This document shows positions 18,211 through 27,637 of a stretch of 64,000 nt of DNA, piece after piece. Below the pieces are notes generated by a model. The model saw only the letters and a list, made by a program, of their open reading frames with translations, ran no database searches and had not been told where the DNA came from. Positions within the stretch are counted from its first letter, which is position 1. Each line of letters starts with the position of its first letter. The position numbers were made by a program, and so were the translations under genes. The DNA comes from a virus (Duplodnaviria > Heunggongvirae > Uroviricota > Caudoviricetes). The stretch is taken from positions 33,199 through 97,198 of IMG/VR virus record IMGVR_UViG_3300045919_000425. The stretch is one strand, 5' to 3'.

Positions 18211-18837
18211 ATGGCTGGACAACTCCCTTCGTTTCTCAATGGATCTAATGTAGAGATCGTTATAGGAAACGTTACTTGCGCATTTGCAAGAAATTTATCT
18301 GCTTCTAAAAGTATGGCTCAGGTTCCTATTACATCGATTGGTTCTTATTCCGTACAAGCTATTGAGCCTACCTTATTTGGCGCTAATGGTAGTATGACTA
18401 TTACTAGATATTCCTCTAAAATGCTTACTGGCGGTGAGGGTGGATTCAATAGAACTGCTACTGCAAATAAGAGGACATTACCAGAGCAACTTAAAAAGAC
18501 TTCCGCTCAAGATGCTTCTGGGCTAAGAGATGGTAACTCTATTGTTGATGCTGTCTCCTTTAATCCAAGAAAGACCCTTATTTCATCAACATTTGATATT
18601 GAAGTTTACGAGAGGGGGCTTGACCCGTCTACTGGAAATCATAGCACTGCGGGACAAACACTCCTGTATACATTCCGTGATTGCAGATTGACTTCGTACT
18701 CATTTTCTTTTGCTGTCGGTTCCTTGGTTGAAGAACACGTAACATTCATTGCGAGAACAATTATTGAGGGCGGGACATCGAATGATGTTGACGGCAGCTC
18801 CCTAACATCTATAACTCCTATTAAATCAGTTTACTAA
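18211..18837 (+). CDS. Structural protein, paralog A of an adjacent pair
   Basis: ISSTFDIEVYERG...FRDCRLTSYSFS here aligns with ISQTFDLEVYMKV...IKDCRITSKNIS in the next ORF. Confidence 0.55.
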   Translation: MAGQLPSFLNGSNVEIVIGNVTCAFARNLSASKSMAQVPITSIGSYSVQAIEPTLFGANGSMTITRYSSKMLTGGEGGFNRTATANKRTLPEQLKKTSAQDASGLRDGNSIVDAVSFNPRKTLISSTFDIEVYERGLDPSTGNHSTAGQTLLYTFRDCRLTSYSFSFAVGSLVEEHVTFIARTIIEGGTSNDVDGSSLTSITPIKSVY

Positions 18838-18849
18838 AAGGACTATCCA

Positions 18850-19524
18850 ATGGCTGACGTTTTACCCTTATTCTCCTCTGCCGCAAGAATGGTGATCTAT
18901 ATTAACGGAAAACCATTAGCATACGCATTAGGTTTATCTATTGCTAGCTCCTGGTCGGTAGAAACTGTTCAAGTTCTTGGAGAATTCATTGCTCAATCAA
19001 TAGAACCTCTTTATATGCCACCCGTAACTGGGACTTTAAGCGTGATTGAATTGCTTACTCCTCAGACTCAAGCAAACATGAAATCAGCGGCGAACCAACG
19101 GGGAACTATCGCCAACCCTAATGGAACATACACAGATCTACACAAAAAGGGACAAATATTTGCTCCGAGTCTTGACAATACCACAGGCACAGGAAATAAC
19201 GTGCTAAATATGTCAAACCTTTACAGGCATTTAGACCCTGCGTCTGTCCTAATTTCTCAAACATTCGACCTAGAAGTTTACATGAAAGTCCCAAGAATTG
19301 GAATGGACTCTGCTGGGGTTATTAACTATACCGATCTTAATTCACGAGATTCCTTAGAGGAGTGCTTAATAATAAAAGATTGTCGAATTACTAGCAAGAA
19401 TATCTCCATCTCCCCCGGTGCTCTCATTAATGTTCCATTAGAGTTTCAAGGACTTTTAGTTCAAAACTCTGCACTTTCGGAAGGAGCGAGAGAACAATTA
19501 GACTCAACTACATATCAAAGCTGA
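18850..19524 (+). CDS. Structural protein, paralog B of an adjacent pair
   Basis: Paralogous to ORF 18211..18837. Confidence 0.55.
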   Translation: MADVLPLFSSAARMVIYINGKPLAYALGLSIASSWSVETVQVLGEFIAQSIEPLYMPPVTGTLSVIELLTPQTQANMKSAANQRGTIANPNGTYTDLHKKGQIFAPSLDNTTGTGNNVLNMSNLYRHLDPASVLISQTFDLEVYMKVPRIGMDSAGVINYTDLNSRDSLEECLIIKDCRITSKNISISPGALINVPLEFQGLLVQNSALSEGAREQLDSTTYQS

Positions 19525-19603
19525 ATAAAAATTTCCGTATTTTCTGATTTTCGGTATACTGTAACGTATTAAACAAACTAACTAACTGTCAGGAGTTAAA
19601 TTT

Positions 19604-21139
19604 ATGAGTACCCCACTTCCATTTAATCAAGCACACATGGCTGTAGCCGCTGCTAAGCTTGAAGCTATTGCAAATAACCTTGGTTCTTTAAATAAGTCCT
19701 TTTCTGCTGGTACTCCAGGTGCAGCGAATATGGAAAGAACCGGATTATCCGCTGTAGCTTATGATGATGTTTCCAGCACATTGCAATCAATTACACTTAA
19801 AGACGACGACTTTCTTTTGACTAAAGAAATCCAAACAATCCCAGCTAAGCAAACCTTGCACCAATACGTACTCAAAACAAACGCAGGTTCCGATATTGAC
19901 GTTTGGGGTATGGAAAACATGCTTCCGCAAGAAAATGCAGCTCAATACATGAGAGTTGCAGAAGTTATCAAGGTTATGGGAATTCGTAAATCAATTACTC
20001 ACCTTGCTCAACAAGTAAACGATGTTGGCGGATACATGTTAGATCTCGAAGCTGAGAACGAAGAAAATGCACTTATTACATTAAATAACAGCTTAGAAAG
20101 AGCTTTATATAACGGCGGCGATAGCTATATTGATGCTTCTGGTAACGTAGATACACAAGTCGCTTCCAATCCAAATGGCCCTGTAAGAGTTATTCGTGGT
20201 ATTCAAGCTCAGATCCGTGAAGGTAACGTAGATTCTCGTGGTATTATTGGTGATTTCATCGGTTATGCTAATAACCGCTCAACAGTAATTGATAACGCAG
20301 GACAAACACTTACTCGCAACGTTCTTGATGATATGGTTACTGCGGTTAACGGAAATAAGAATGAAATCGAAGAAATCCACAGTACTCAAGAGCAAATGAG
20401 ATTATTCCGTTCAGCATTATTCCCAATGGATCGTGGTGATGTTGGAGCGTCTTACGCTATTCGTGGTTCTGATATTTCTACAGTAAACAAAAAAGGTTTC
20501 GATATCGGAACATCAGGCGGACCAGTTCGTGCAATCAGCACCGTTTTCAAATTTGAAATGATCTACCTTATTCCTCAAGTTAGCTCTACTGGGATTTCTA
20601 TTGCTAACCCTGGAACTCCGTCAGCTTCCCAATCAGTAGGTCTCACATCATTCAAAGCTGGGGAAATTATTAAGTACCGTGTCCAAGCTTGCAGTGTTAA
20701 TGGGAGATCTGATGGGTCTGCTGAGTTATCGGTAACTATCCTCGCTGACGGTAACAATGTAACTTTAACTATCCCTGCACAATCTGGAGTTGAGTACTTC
20801 CGTGTTTACCGTTTAAATAGCGGAGAAACTACTTCTCAGGTTAATAAATCTTCCATTTATAACCATCGCTTTATCGGAAACGTTGTAGCAGCTCGCCAAG
20901 GTTCTACCTTGTTTACGGATGCTCAAGCGATTCTCCCTGGCTTAGATTCTATGGTTTTCTTACCTAAGAAAGAAAAGCGTACAAAGTTGGCTGCTATTGG
21001 TCCTCGTGTATCCCGTATCGATTTCGGTATTCGTGGCTTAGCACAAGAACGTGGTTATGTTTCTTACGTTGCATCCATACTAGAGCAACCTCGTGCTCAT
21101 GGACTTTTAACTAACGTTGCAGCAGAATTTAAAGTTTAG
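19604..21139 (+). CDS. Major virion structural protein (candidate major capsid protein, 511 aa) with an Ig/FN3-like insertion
   Basis: An AGGAG RBS and a strong rho-independent terminator immediately downstream suggest high expression. No motif-level assignment was possible. Confidence 0.55.
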   Translation: MSTPLPFNQAHMAVAAAKLEAIANNLGSLNKSFSAGTPGAANMERTGLSAVAYDDVSSTLQSITLKDDDFLLTKEIQTIPAKQTLHQYVLKTNAGSDIDVWGMENMLPQENAAQYMRVAEVIKVMGIRKSITHLAQQVNDVGGYMLDLEAENEENALITLNNSLERALYNGGDSYIDASGNVDTQVASNPNGPVRVIRGIQAQIREGNVDSRGIIGDFIGYANNRSTVIDNAGQTLTRNVLDDMVTAVNGNKNEIEEIHSTQEQMRLFRSALFPMDRGDVGASYAIRGSDISTVNKKGFDIGTSGGPVRAISTVFKFEMIYLIPQVSSTGISIANPGTPSASQSVGLTSFKAGEIIKYRVQACSVNGRSDGSAELSVTILADGNNVTLTIPAQSGVEYFRVYRLNSGETTSQVNKSSIYNHRFIGNVVAARQGSTLFTDAQAILPGLDSMVFLPKKEKRTKLAAIGPRVSRIDFGIRGLAQERGYVSYVASILEQPRAHGLLTNVAAEFKV

Positions 21140-21154
21140 TAGAACCTGACAGGT

Positions 21155-21191
21155 AGCGCACTGAGTAATTTCATTCAGTGCGCTTTTTGTT
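21155..21191 (+). terminator. Rho-independent terminator
   Basis: A 10-bp stem AGCGCACTGA / TCAGTGCGCT with a 10-nt loop, followed by TTTTTGTT. Confidence 0.7.
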
Positions 21192-21193
21192 AC

Positions 21194-22609
21194 CTATTTT
21201 TTAGCCCTTGTAGGTTGTTCTGGCGGTGGCATTTTATCTAGTCTTAAGCAGTGTTTACCGAATTCGTATCTCGCCACACTAAAATCCGTCGAAACTTCAT
21301 ACTTTGCAGACTTATTCCCTTCACGTCCTTTCATAAAGTAAAAAATTGCCTTATTGGCTGACTCATTCTTTAGAGATCTATTAATACTAATCCCGGTATC
21401 AACCAGCTCCATCATAGCCTTAGAGCCAGATATGTCGTAATCTTCAATCAGTCCTCCTGTTGACACTTTTTCTTTTGCTGATGAGGTTACCTGCCAGTAC
21501 GTTATCGTTACAAGATTATTAATCTTTGTAAAGTCATTTAAGTCGCTCATGGCTTTATGCAAAGACTCGTGCCTGGAACCTTCATCAGCCTTTTCAGTAC
21601 GTACAGCATGAGCCAAATAATCAAACACAAAAACGTCGTAAGGTGGAAGCCCTTCTTGCTGTCTTTGTTGTTGGCGTAACTTAAATCTCTCCAACACTGC
21701 CTTGTAATTCCACCCAAATAACATCTCTATTTCTGCATATTCTTCCATAGATTTTCCAACTCTCTCTATTTGAGAGTACTCATCGGGAGATAGCTCATGA
21801 CCACAAGTCTTTAGCCTATTTAATGGTATCCCTGTCATGGCTGAAGTAATCCTTCTGTAAACTAAATCCGGCCTGTCTTCCACAATCGCTACATAGATGT
21901 ATTTTTTCTGAAAAATTGCAGATCTCACTAGGTGGGTGGTGAACATCCCTTTGCCGCCACCCTGTGGTGCGGCTAGTGCACTTAATGTTCCTTGCGAGAA
22001 TCCGCCATTTGCATCAAAATCTGGGATCCCTATTCTTAACCCTGACTTTAACAAGTTGGCTGCTGACTTGGAAATATTCTCCTTTATCTTTGAAAAATCG
22101 ATAGACTCTATCTTGTCTAAGTTAATAAGTGCGTTATCGGACTCCATGCGCATCTGGGCTTTTTCCGCTCTGTCAAAATCACCTGTACGGTAAAACCCAG
22201 CCACTTCCTTTGAACCTACGTAGGTTCTATACATCTTAATCCAAGAAAGGAAGCTTTTTATGAATACATCAGAGCGAGATAGTTCCCATAGATATGGCTT
22301 CTCTCTCATTTCCTTATATATGGAGATCATCGACTCCCTCTCTTTCCCATCAGGAGACAGTTGAAGCCATCCATATATTCCAGCAAAAGTTACGTCCTCG
22401 CCTTTATTGTTTTTATTTAAAACCAAAGAAAATAGTCTTTGGAGAGGCTCTGTCTCGTCTTTAGTTGAAAACATCTCTGGGAATAAATTATTTCGGAACT
22501 TTGGGATCAGGAATGAATCATTCACCAGCTTAAGGAAGCAGGCCATCTTTGCGTCTCGGTCGAACTTCATAATTAAAGAGTTATTAACGTCATTATTTTC
22601 TTCTGTCAT
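21194..22609 (-). CDS. DnaB-like replicative helicase / RecA-fold ATPase
   Basis: A P-loop-like PQGGGKG lies about 210 aa into a 471-aa protein, and a Walker-B-like VFVFDY follows. This architecture resembles the DnaB / T4 gp41 family. Confidence 0.5.
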   Translation of the reverse strand: MTEENNDVNNSLIMKFDRDAKMACFLKLVNDSFLIPKFRNNLFPEMFSTKDETEPLQRLFSLVLNKNNKGEDVTFAGIYGWLQLSPDGKERESMISIYKEMREKPYLWELSRSDVFIKSFLSWIKMYRTYVGSKEVAGFYRTGDFDRAEKAQMRMESDNALINLDKIESIDFSKIKENISKSAANLLKSGLRIGIPDFDANGGFSQGTLSALAAPQGGGKGMFTTHLVRSAIFQKKYIYVAIVEDRPDLVYRRITSAMTGIPLNRLKTCGHELSPDEYSQIERVGKSMEEYAEIEMLFGWNYKAVLERFKLRQQQRQQEGLPPYDVFVFDYLAHAVRTEKADEGSRHESLHKAMSDLNDFTKINNLVTITYWQVTSSAKEKVSTGGLIEDYDISGSKAMMELVDTGISINRSLKNESANKAIFYFMKGREGNKSAKYEVSTDFSVARYEFGKHCLRLDKMPPPEQPTRAKK

Positions 22610-22617
22610 GCGATCTC

Positions 22618-23595
22618 CTACTTCATAACACTGTTTAATAATTCCTGTAATCCTAATTCTTTTGCTTTTTCAGATAAGCACTCTAAGAATGAAACCATCC
22701 TGGTTTTAGATTCTGTGATTACCCTTTCTTCTTTCTGAACATTAAACTTCACCCCACCATTAAAGGTCTCTAATAGTATGGAATACTCTTTACTCTTTTT
22801 CAGGGAGATAATCTCTGATGGCGTTGCAGACACCACAGCACGATTAACACAAGACTTATCAATTGTCAAGGACTTAACTCCAGATCCTATTTCATACTTA
22901 TACGACACAAACCTTGGTACATCTGGAATAATCCGGTCTATCAAGTCATAAGAAGAATAATTACCATTGTCATATTTCAGTACGATTTCGTAATACGCCT
23001 TATCCTCATCCTCTCCAAATCTTGTCTGCGTTGGGGTTCCTGGATACCATAAGTTTCCAATTTTCTGTGCCTTATGGATATGACCAGAGATAATCTCTAC
23101 TCCTTCTGGAATCCTGTCGCCCTTTTCTGACTTCCTGCCATCTTCATAAAAACACCCAAAAAACTCTTGATGACAAAAAACTAGAGAGGATTTATCTGGC
23201 AAATTACCTAGGAACTCTCCGTTCGGAAGATAAGGTATCATCGAAATGCCGTTATTTAACGATATTGGTGAGTCCACAACAGTAACAAATGGAAACCCTT
23301 TAAAGCATTGAAGCGCATGATTTTCTGGTAAGGCGACATGAGGTGTGCTCATGTCATGATTCCCTGTGATTAGATAGCATTGTACGGATAGCTTCTCAAA
23401 ACACCTTAATAGTTTTGTAAGGAGTAACAAACATTCAGAATGAACAATATCTGCACCATCAAGTACGTCTCCTAATAGGACTACAAAATCCGGTCTTCTT
23501 TCTTTTACGGTCTGAATAATATGATTAACGAGCAATACCGATCTTTCGTGGTTCTTCCTTTTGATATGGATATCCCCAATTACGATAACTTTCAT
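22618..23595 (-). CDS. Mre11/SbcD-like nuclease (T4 gp47-like)
   Basis: Phosphoesterase motifs IGDIH, GDVLD, TGNHD and GHIHK; 325 aa. Confidence 0.75.
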   Translation of the reverse strand: MKVIVIGDIHIKRKNHERSVLLVNHIIQTVKERRPDFVVLLGDVLDGADIVHSECLLLLTKLLRCFEKLSVQCYLITGNHDMSTPHVALPENHALQCFKGFPFVTVVDSPISLNNGISMIPYLPNGEFLGNLPDKSSLVFCHQEFFGCFYEDGRKSEKGDRIPEGVEIISGHIHKAQKIGNLWYPGTPTQTRFGEDEDKAYYEIVLKYDNGNYSSYDLIDRIIPDVPRFVSYKYEIGSGVKSLTIDKSCVNRAVVSATPSEIISLKKSKEYSILLETFNGGVKFNVQKEERVITESKTRMVSFLECLSEKAKELGLQELLNSVMK

Positions 23596-23603
23596 AAACC
23601 CTC

Positions 23604-23849
23604 CTATTGTTCTGCTAGTTTTTTAAGCTTATTGCGGGTTTCTATCGGAACCATTATTTCATGAATAACAAGTACGGAATTAACTCGAAACTTATATCGA
23701 TGACTTGATTCTGAGATATGAAACGATGCGACTTGGCAGGACTTATCTGCAACAGAAACTACTACTCCAAAAGAAATATGGTTGTAGTTCATTCCGGCAT
23801 GGGCTACAAAATGCCCAACTTTAACTTCAGCGCCACTTAAATCCAGCAT
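23604..23849 (-). CDS. Hypothetical protein (81 aa)
   Basis: ORF track. A sigma-A-like promoter lies at 23876..23904 on the minus strand. Confidence 0.45.
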   Translation of the reverse strand: MLDLSGAEVKVGHFVAHAGMNYNHISFGVVVSVADKSCQVASFHISESSHRYKFRVNSVLVIHEIMVPIETRNKLKKLAEQ

Positions 23850-23875
23850 ACCACCTCCTTATGTTGGTTTAAGTA

Positions 23876-23904
23876 ACTCTATCATAACTTTATTCACTTG
23901 TCAA
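23876..23904 (-). promoter_or_regulatory. Sigma-A-like promoter (minus strand TTGACA-N17-TAGAGT)
   Basis: Seen directly. Confidence 0.4.
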
Positions 23905-23913
23905 GTTCTGGGA

Positions 23914-24249
23914 TTATTTATGATGCCTCTGATTTACTATTTCATTTAACAGTAAGGTTATGTATTCTCTTTCTGACTTTAATTCATTCGGTAATTCCTT
24001 AACATTCACACTTAATGCTGATACGGACTGAGTAACACCCTCTAAAGCCTGTGACATCTTGTACCCCAAATATCCTAATCCTCCAACTAATGAAAACAGT
24101 AGAATTATTACGATTATGATCGGATTTGACGTGTTGCTCAGTTCCCCTATCGATTGAATTACCTGAGCAATAGTTGACGTATAGGTTCTTTGCGGTATCT
24201 CGCTGTTGGTATGATTATGTTCTGTGTGCGAGTTGGGTTCTATTATCAT
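23914..24249 (-). CDS. Small membrane protein with one TM helix (holin-like candidate)
   Basis: Hydrophobic stretch IIIVIILLFSLVGGLGYLGY. Confidence 0.45.
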   Translation of the reverse strand: MIIEPNSHTEHNHTNSEIPQRTYTSTIAQVIQSIGELSNTSNPIIIVIILLFSLVGGLGYLGYKMSQALEGVTQSVSALSVNVKELPNELKSEREYITLLLNEIVNQRHHK

Positions 24250-24257
24250 AGTTACTC

Positions 24258-24614
24258 CTAAATATCTAATTCACTTTCTAATGACTCAGTTGTCCGGCTT
24301 TCGGCGACAGCCTCTATCTTACCATTACGGATTCCGCTCACCATAGATCTGTTTTTATTTTCCTCAAAATCTTCCGAATAAACATCATTCCTCTCTCCAA
24401 GAGTAGGTGCAGAATCAAACATGTATTCGTACATAATCCCTGCCGATACGCTCATCGTATTAACCACACTAAAACACGGCTCATATGTTCCAGAACTATT
24501 ACAGTCTTCGCAAAAATCTGGTCGTTCAAAATCTATTATGCTTGATTTGCATTTTACGCATCGAAAATTTAAAAGCTTATCCATTTTTCCCTCATAAAGA
24601 AAGCCCACTAACAA
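24258..24614 (-). CDS. Zinc-finger protein (CVKC ... CEDC)
   Basis: CxxC ... CxxC motifs. Confidence 0.45.
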   Translation of the reverse strand: MLVGFLYEGKMDKLLNFRCVKCKSSIIDFERPDFCEDCNSSGTYEPCFSVVNTMSVSAGIMYEYMFDSAPTLGERNDVYSEDFEENKNRSMVSGIRNGKIEAVAESRTTESLESELDI

Positions 24615-24697
24615 TTAAGTCAGTGAGCCGTTTAATAAAAATCGGAGATTGAATGCCCGATTATCTCATCGCACACTAGGTACAAGAGCATTTTCGT

Positions 24698-25789
24698 CTA
24701 GTCTATTACGATCCCTAACTCGTCCAACTTCTTTAACACAGCATCTACCTGGTCAAATGATTTTGCTAGTCCAGCTTTTGAAATCATTTGCGTAGTAATG
24801 CGTTCATCTTTTCTTTGCGCATGCGCAAGTTTCTTGGAAAGAGTTAATCCGTCCATTGTATTACGAGCTGGCTCTACATATTGAAATGATTTTGCTAATT
24901 CCTTAGCATTGATCCCTGCATTAGATGAAGCATACGTGGTTGCAGGGACTCCGTCAACATCATTCTTTAGTGATGTGAATGACTTCTTCATTTCCTTGAT
25001 ATCGCCGGTAAGCTCTTTATTTTGCTCAACTAGGGATTTTATGGAATCCTCGAAGGATTTTTTCATAGACTCCATCATTGACTTCATCATTGCTGTTGCT
25101 TCTGGCATTACTGGCTTTGGTTGCTCTACTTGGGATGTTTTTTCCATTTCTTTCCTGGACGCTAAGTGGGCACCAAGCTTGCTATGTAAGCTCTCTAGCC
25201 ATGGTGTATCTTTTTCTCCGAACACAGGATCAAGAGATTCTGCTAGCTCCGCTTCTGGGGCCACTACTGGAGATTTATCTGGCTGAGCTACTGGAGCTTC
25301 GGCGGGTATGCCATCTTGCACTGGCAGGTCTTCTTTAATTTCCTTAATTTCATGGCCAGCTTGTGCTGCGTCTTCTTCAGATCTTTCTGGTAATCCTAAT
25401 GACTCAACCTTCGCAATAGCTTCGCTGATAAGGGAAAGTAGTTCTTCAGCAGATTTGCCTTCTAATAAGCTGGATAAGTCAGAAACAGTGTCCTTTGACA
25501 TTTCTTCGGAAGATTCTGGAGTATCACCTTCTATCTCGTCGTCTTCCATGCCTTTTTTCATTTCTTCATCTTTACCGTCTTCTTTACCTTCGGCTGATTC
25601 TGATTCTTCTTTGGAATCTTTCTTTCCTTCTTCTTTAGGTGACTCCTTAGAATTAACTTCCTTTTTGCCTTCTTCCTCTTCTTTCCCGAAAATAGGTGCG
25701 GATTTCTTTAATACTTCTTCAAGATCCTGGATTGCGGACATTGTTTCTGTCCAAAGCTGCTCTTGTTGATTCTTCTTCTTTAATGACAT
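24698..25789 (-). CDS. Highly charged E/K/S-rich low-complexity protein (scaffolding-like, or an internal virion protein)
   Basis: 363 aa with long EEGKKE/SE runs and a predicted coiled coil. Confidence 0.55.
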   Translation of the reverse strand: MSLKKKNQQEQLWTETMSAIQDLEEVLKKSAPIFGKEEEEGKKEVNSKESPKEEGKKDSKEESESAEGKEDGKDEEMKKGMEDDEIEGDTPESSEEMSKDTVSDLSSLLEGKSAEELLSLISEAIAKVESLGLPERSEEDAAQAGHEIKEIKEDLPVQDGIPAEAPVAQPDKSPVVAPEAELAESLDPVFGEKDTPWLESLHSKLGAHLASRKEMEKTSQVEQPKPVMPEATAMMKSMMESMKKSFEDSIKSLVEQNKELTGDIKEMKKSFTSLKNDVDGVPATTYASSNAGINAKELAKSFQYVEPARNTMDGLTLSKKLAHAQRKDERITTQMISKAGLAKSFDQVDAVLKKLDELGIVID

Positions 25790-25855
25790 GATAACTCCCC
25801 GTTATAGTTTATTTAATGAACATAGCCTGAAAAATACAGGCTGTCAAATACTACC

Positions 25856-26374
25856 TTACTTCGCTGCCTGTGCAGGATTTACATACGTTACGTAAAAGTT
25901 TACTACACCTGCGGTAGATGGCTGTAATGAAGCTAACCCAATCGAACGGTTTGCGGATGATGCCTTAAGAACCGTAGATGGAACGTATTGTTTAATTCCG
26001 GCGGAAGCAAAATCTGCTGCGGGAATAGATTGAAACGTTACCTGTGAACCAGAGCCTGTGCTATTGCAAAGATTGAATCCAACAGGAGAAGCAGTACCTT
26101 GAGCGATAGGAGTTATCACTTCCATAACTAATGAGCTAATAATAGCGCCTACAGGTAGTTGGGCTGTGTCAATAATAACACTAGTTGCACTAGGTATTGC
26201 TCCATTTTTTGCAAAAGAATAAGTACACTTATATGATGCCATAGAGGTCGCTGCCACAAGAAAGTCTCCTAATGGCATATTGGCGTTCGATGGAACCTCT
26301 CCTAACCTTTGTAAAGCTGGTTGAGTCTTAGGAAAATCGTTAAGTATTTTCTGATCTCTGATTGAAATTGACAT
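25856..26374 (-). CDS. Tandem paralog 3 (MSISIRDQKILNDFPKT family)
   Basis: Its N-terminal 30 aa are identical to paralog 2. A shared internal 48-nt block encodes QSIPAADFASAGIKQY. Confidence 0.6.
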   Translation of the reverse strand: MSISIRDQKILNDFPKTQPALQRLGEVPSNANMPLGDFLVAATSMASYKCTYSFAKNGAIPSATSVIIDTAQLPVGAIISSLVMEVITPIAQGTASPVGFNLCNSTGSGSQVTFQSIPAADFASAGIKQYVPSTVLKASSANRSIGLASLQPSTAGVVNFYVTYVNPAQAAK

Positions 26375-26387
26375 GGTCGTTCCTTTA

Positions 26388-26900
26388 TTACTTAGATAGT
26401 TGAACAGGGTTTACATAGGAAACATAGAAATTGGCAGATCCGGCTGTAGTAGCTCCTGTTGTACTTAGACCGATGCTATTAATAGTTCCTGTTGCTTTGA
26501 CTAAAACAGATGATAACATGTATTGTTTAATTCCGGCGGAAGCAAAATCTGCTGCGGGAATAGATTGCAATGTAGTTGCACCTACCATACTTGAAGTTCC
26601 AACCAGAAAAAGGATCGGAGCTGAAGCGGACTGGGTAATTGGAGTCAAGACTTCCATAATAAGTGCATCTACGACTGATCCGACAGGAAGTGACTTAACA
26701 GCAAAAGCAAGTGCCGTACTAAGTGCGCCGTTTTTCGCAAAAGAATATGAAAAAAGGAACGTAGACATTGAGGCCGCACTAACAGTCATATCCCCGAGAG
26801 GCATGCTAGTGTTCGATGGAACCTCTCCTAACCTTTGTAAAGCTGGTTGAGTCTTAGGAAAATCGTTAAGTATTTTCTGATCTCTGATTGAAATTGACAT
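26388..26900 (-). CDS. Tandem paralog 2 (MSISIRDQKILNDFPKT family)
   Basis: As above. Its RBS context AGAAAGGTTTATATG is duplicated with the gene. Confidence 0.6.
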   Translation of the reverse strand: MSISIRDQKILNDFPKTQPALQRLGEVPSNTSMPLGDMTVSAASMSTFLFSYSFAKNGALSTALAFAVKSLPVGSVVDALIMEVLTPITQSASAPILFLVGTSSMVGATTLQSIPAADFASAGIKQYMLSSVLVKATGTINSIGLSTTGATTAGSANFYVSYVNPVQLSK

Positions 26901-26986
26901 ATAAACCTTTCTTATCGTAATAAATTGTTATTCGTATTATGCCATTTCACCTTAATAAAGCACACTAACATTCGTTATTTTATACG

Positions 26987-27517
26987 TTATTTAAGTAACT
27001 GTTTTGGATTGGAATACGTCATATGGAAATTCAGAATTCCTCCAGTAGAAACAGGTCCCGTCGCTGAGGCGAATATTGAGATGTATTTGAATTGAGAAGA
27101 AACTAGGTTTATGATTCCGATTAATGGGTATTGCTTAATCTGAACCGAGCCATAATCAGCAATTGGCACGGAAGGCAGAAGAAGCTGAATTCCTGTTGCT
27201 GGCTTTGTTGTCAACCCTAAAAGAATACTTCCTGCTGCGCTAAAGGTGACTGGTGAAACTACCTCCATAATTATGGAGGTTAGCATTACACCTGCGGGAA
27301 GCTTCGAACTGTCTAAGTACACATTATTCGAAAGACTGAACGGACCATCCTTTGCAAAGGAATAGGAGGTTGTGAATGTAATCTTAGAGGTTCCATCTAC
27401 ACAATAATCGCCGATCTTTGGAGTAGCATTTGGGGATAGCTCGCCAGGACGCTGAAGCTCTGTATAGGTCTTAGGGAAATCGTTAAGTATTTTCTGATCT
27501 CTGATTGAAATTGACAT
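26987..27517 (-). CDS. Tandem paralog 1 (MSISIRDQKILNDFPKT family; start set at the conserved MSISIRD)
   Basis: It shares the N-terminal 17 aa and the fold pattern. The ORF-track start at 27544 lacks an RBS. Confidence 0.55.
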   Translation of the reverse strand: MSISIRDQKILNDFPKTYTELQRPGELSPNATPKIGDYCVDGTSKITFTTSYSFAKDGPFSLSNNVYLDSSKLPAGVMLTSIIMEVVSPVTFSAAGSILLGLTTKPATGIQLLLPSVPIADYGSVQIKQYPLIGIINLVSSQFKYISIFASATGPVSTGGILNFHMTYSNPKQLLK

Positions 27518-27593
27518 ATAAACCTTTCTAAGTAGACTGTACAAATACTATGCAGCTATTATCGTCTAAAGTAAACAATTATTATCCTAATAA

Positions 27594-27617
27594 CAAAAAA
27601 AGGGAGCAATTGCTCCC
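27594..27617 (-). terminator. Rho-independent terminator (minus strand)
   Basis: Palindromic stem GGGAGCAATTGCTCCC followed by a T7 run on the minus strand. Confidence 0.7.
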
Positions 27618-27637
27618 TTGATGTGAGTGAGTACTGA

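Noticed and set aside
21194-22609. Terminase large subunit alternative for the P-loop protein
   Set aside because: The Walker A-like motif lies mid-protein rather than at the N-terminus, and no nuclease (RNase H-like) C-terminal motifs were seen. It is more consistent with a DnaB/RecA-fold helicase.
24909-25769. Three plus-strand ORFs (125, 86 and 153 aa) antisense to the acidic 363-aa gene
   Set aside because: The antisense strand of a GAA/AAG-rich gene yields long S/F/L-rich open frames. None has an RBS or a start context.
26431-26850. Plus-strand 139-aa ORF inside paralog 2
   Set aside because: It is antisense to the paralog and has no RBS. The other two paralogs, which have no such antisense ORF, support the minus-strand reading.
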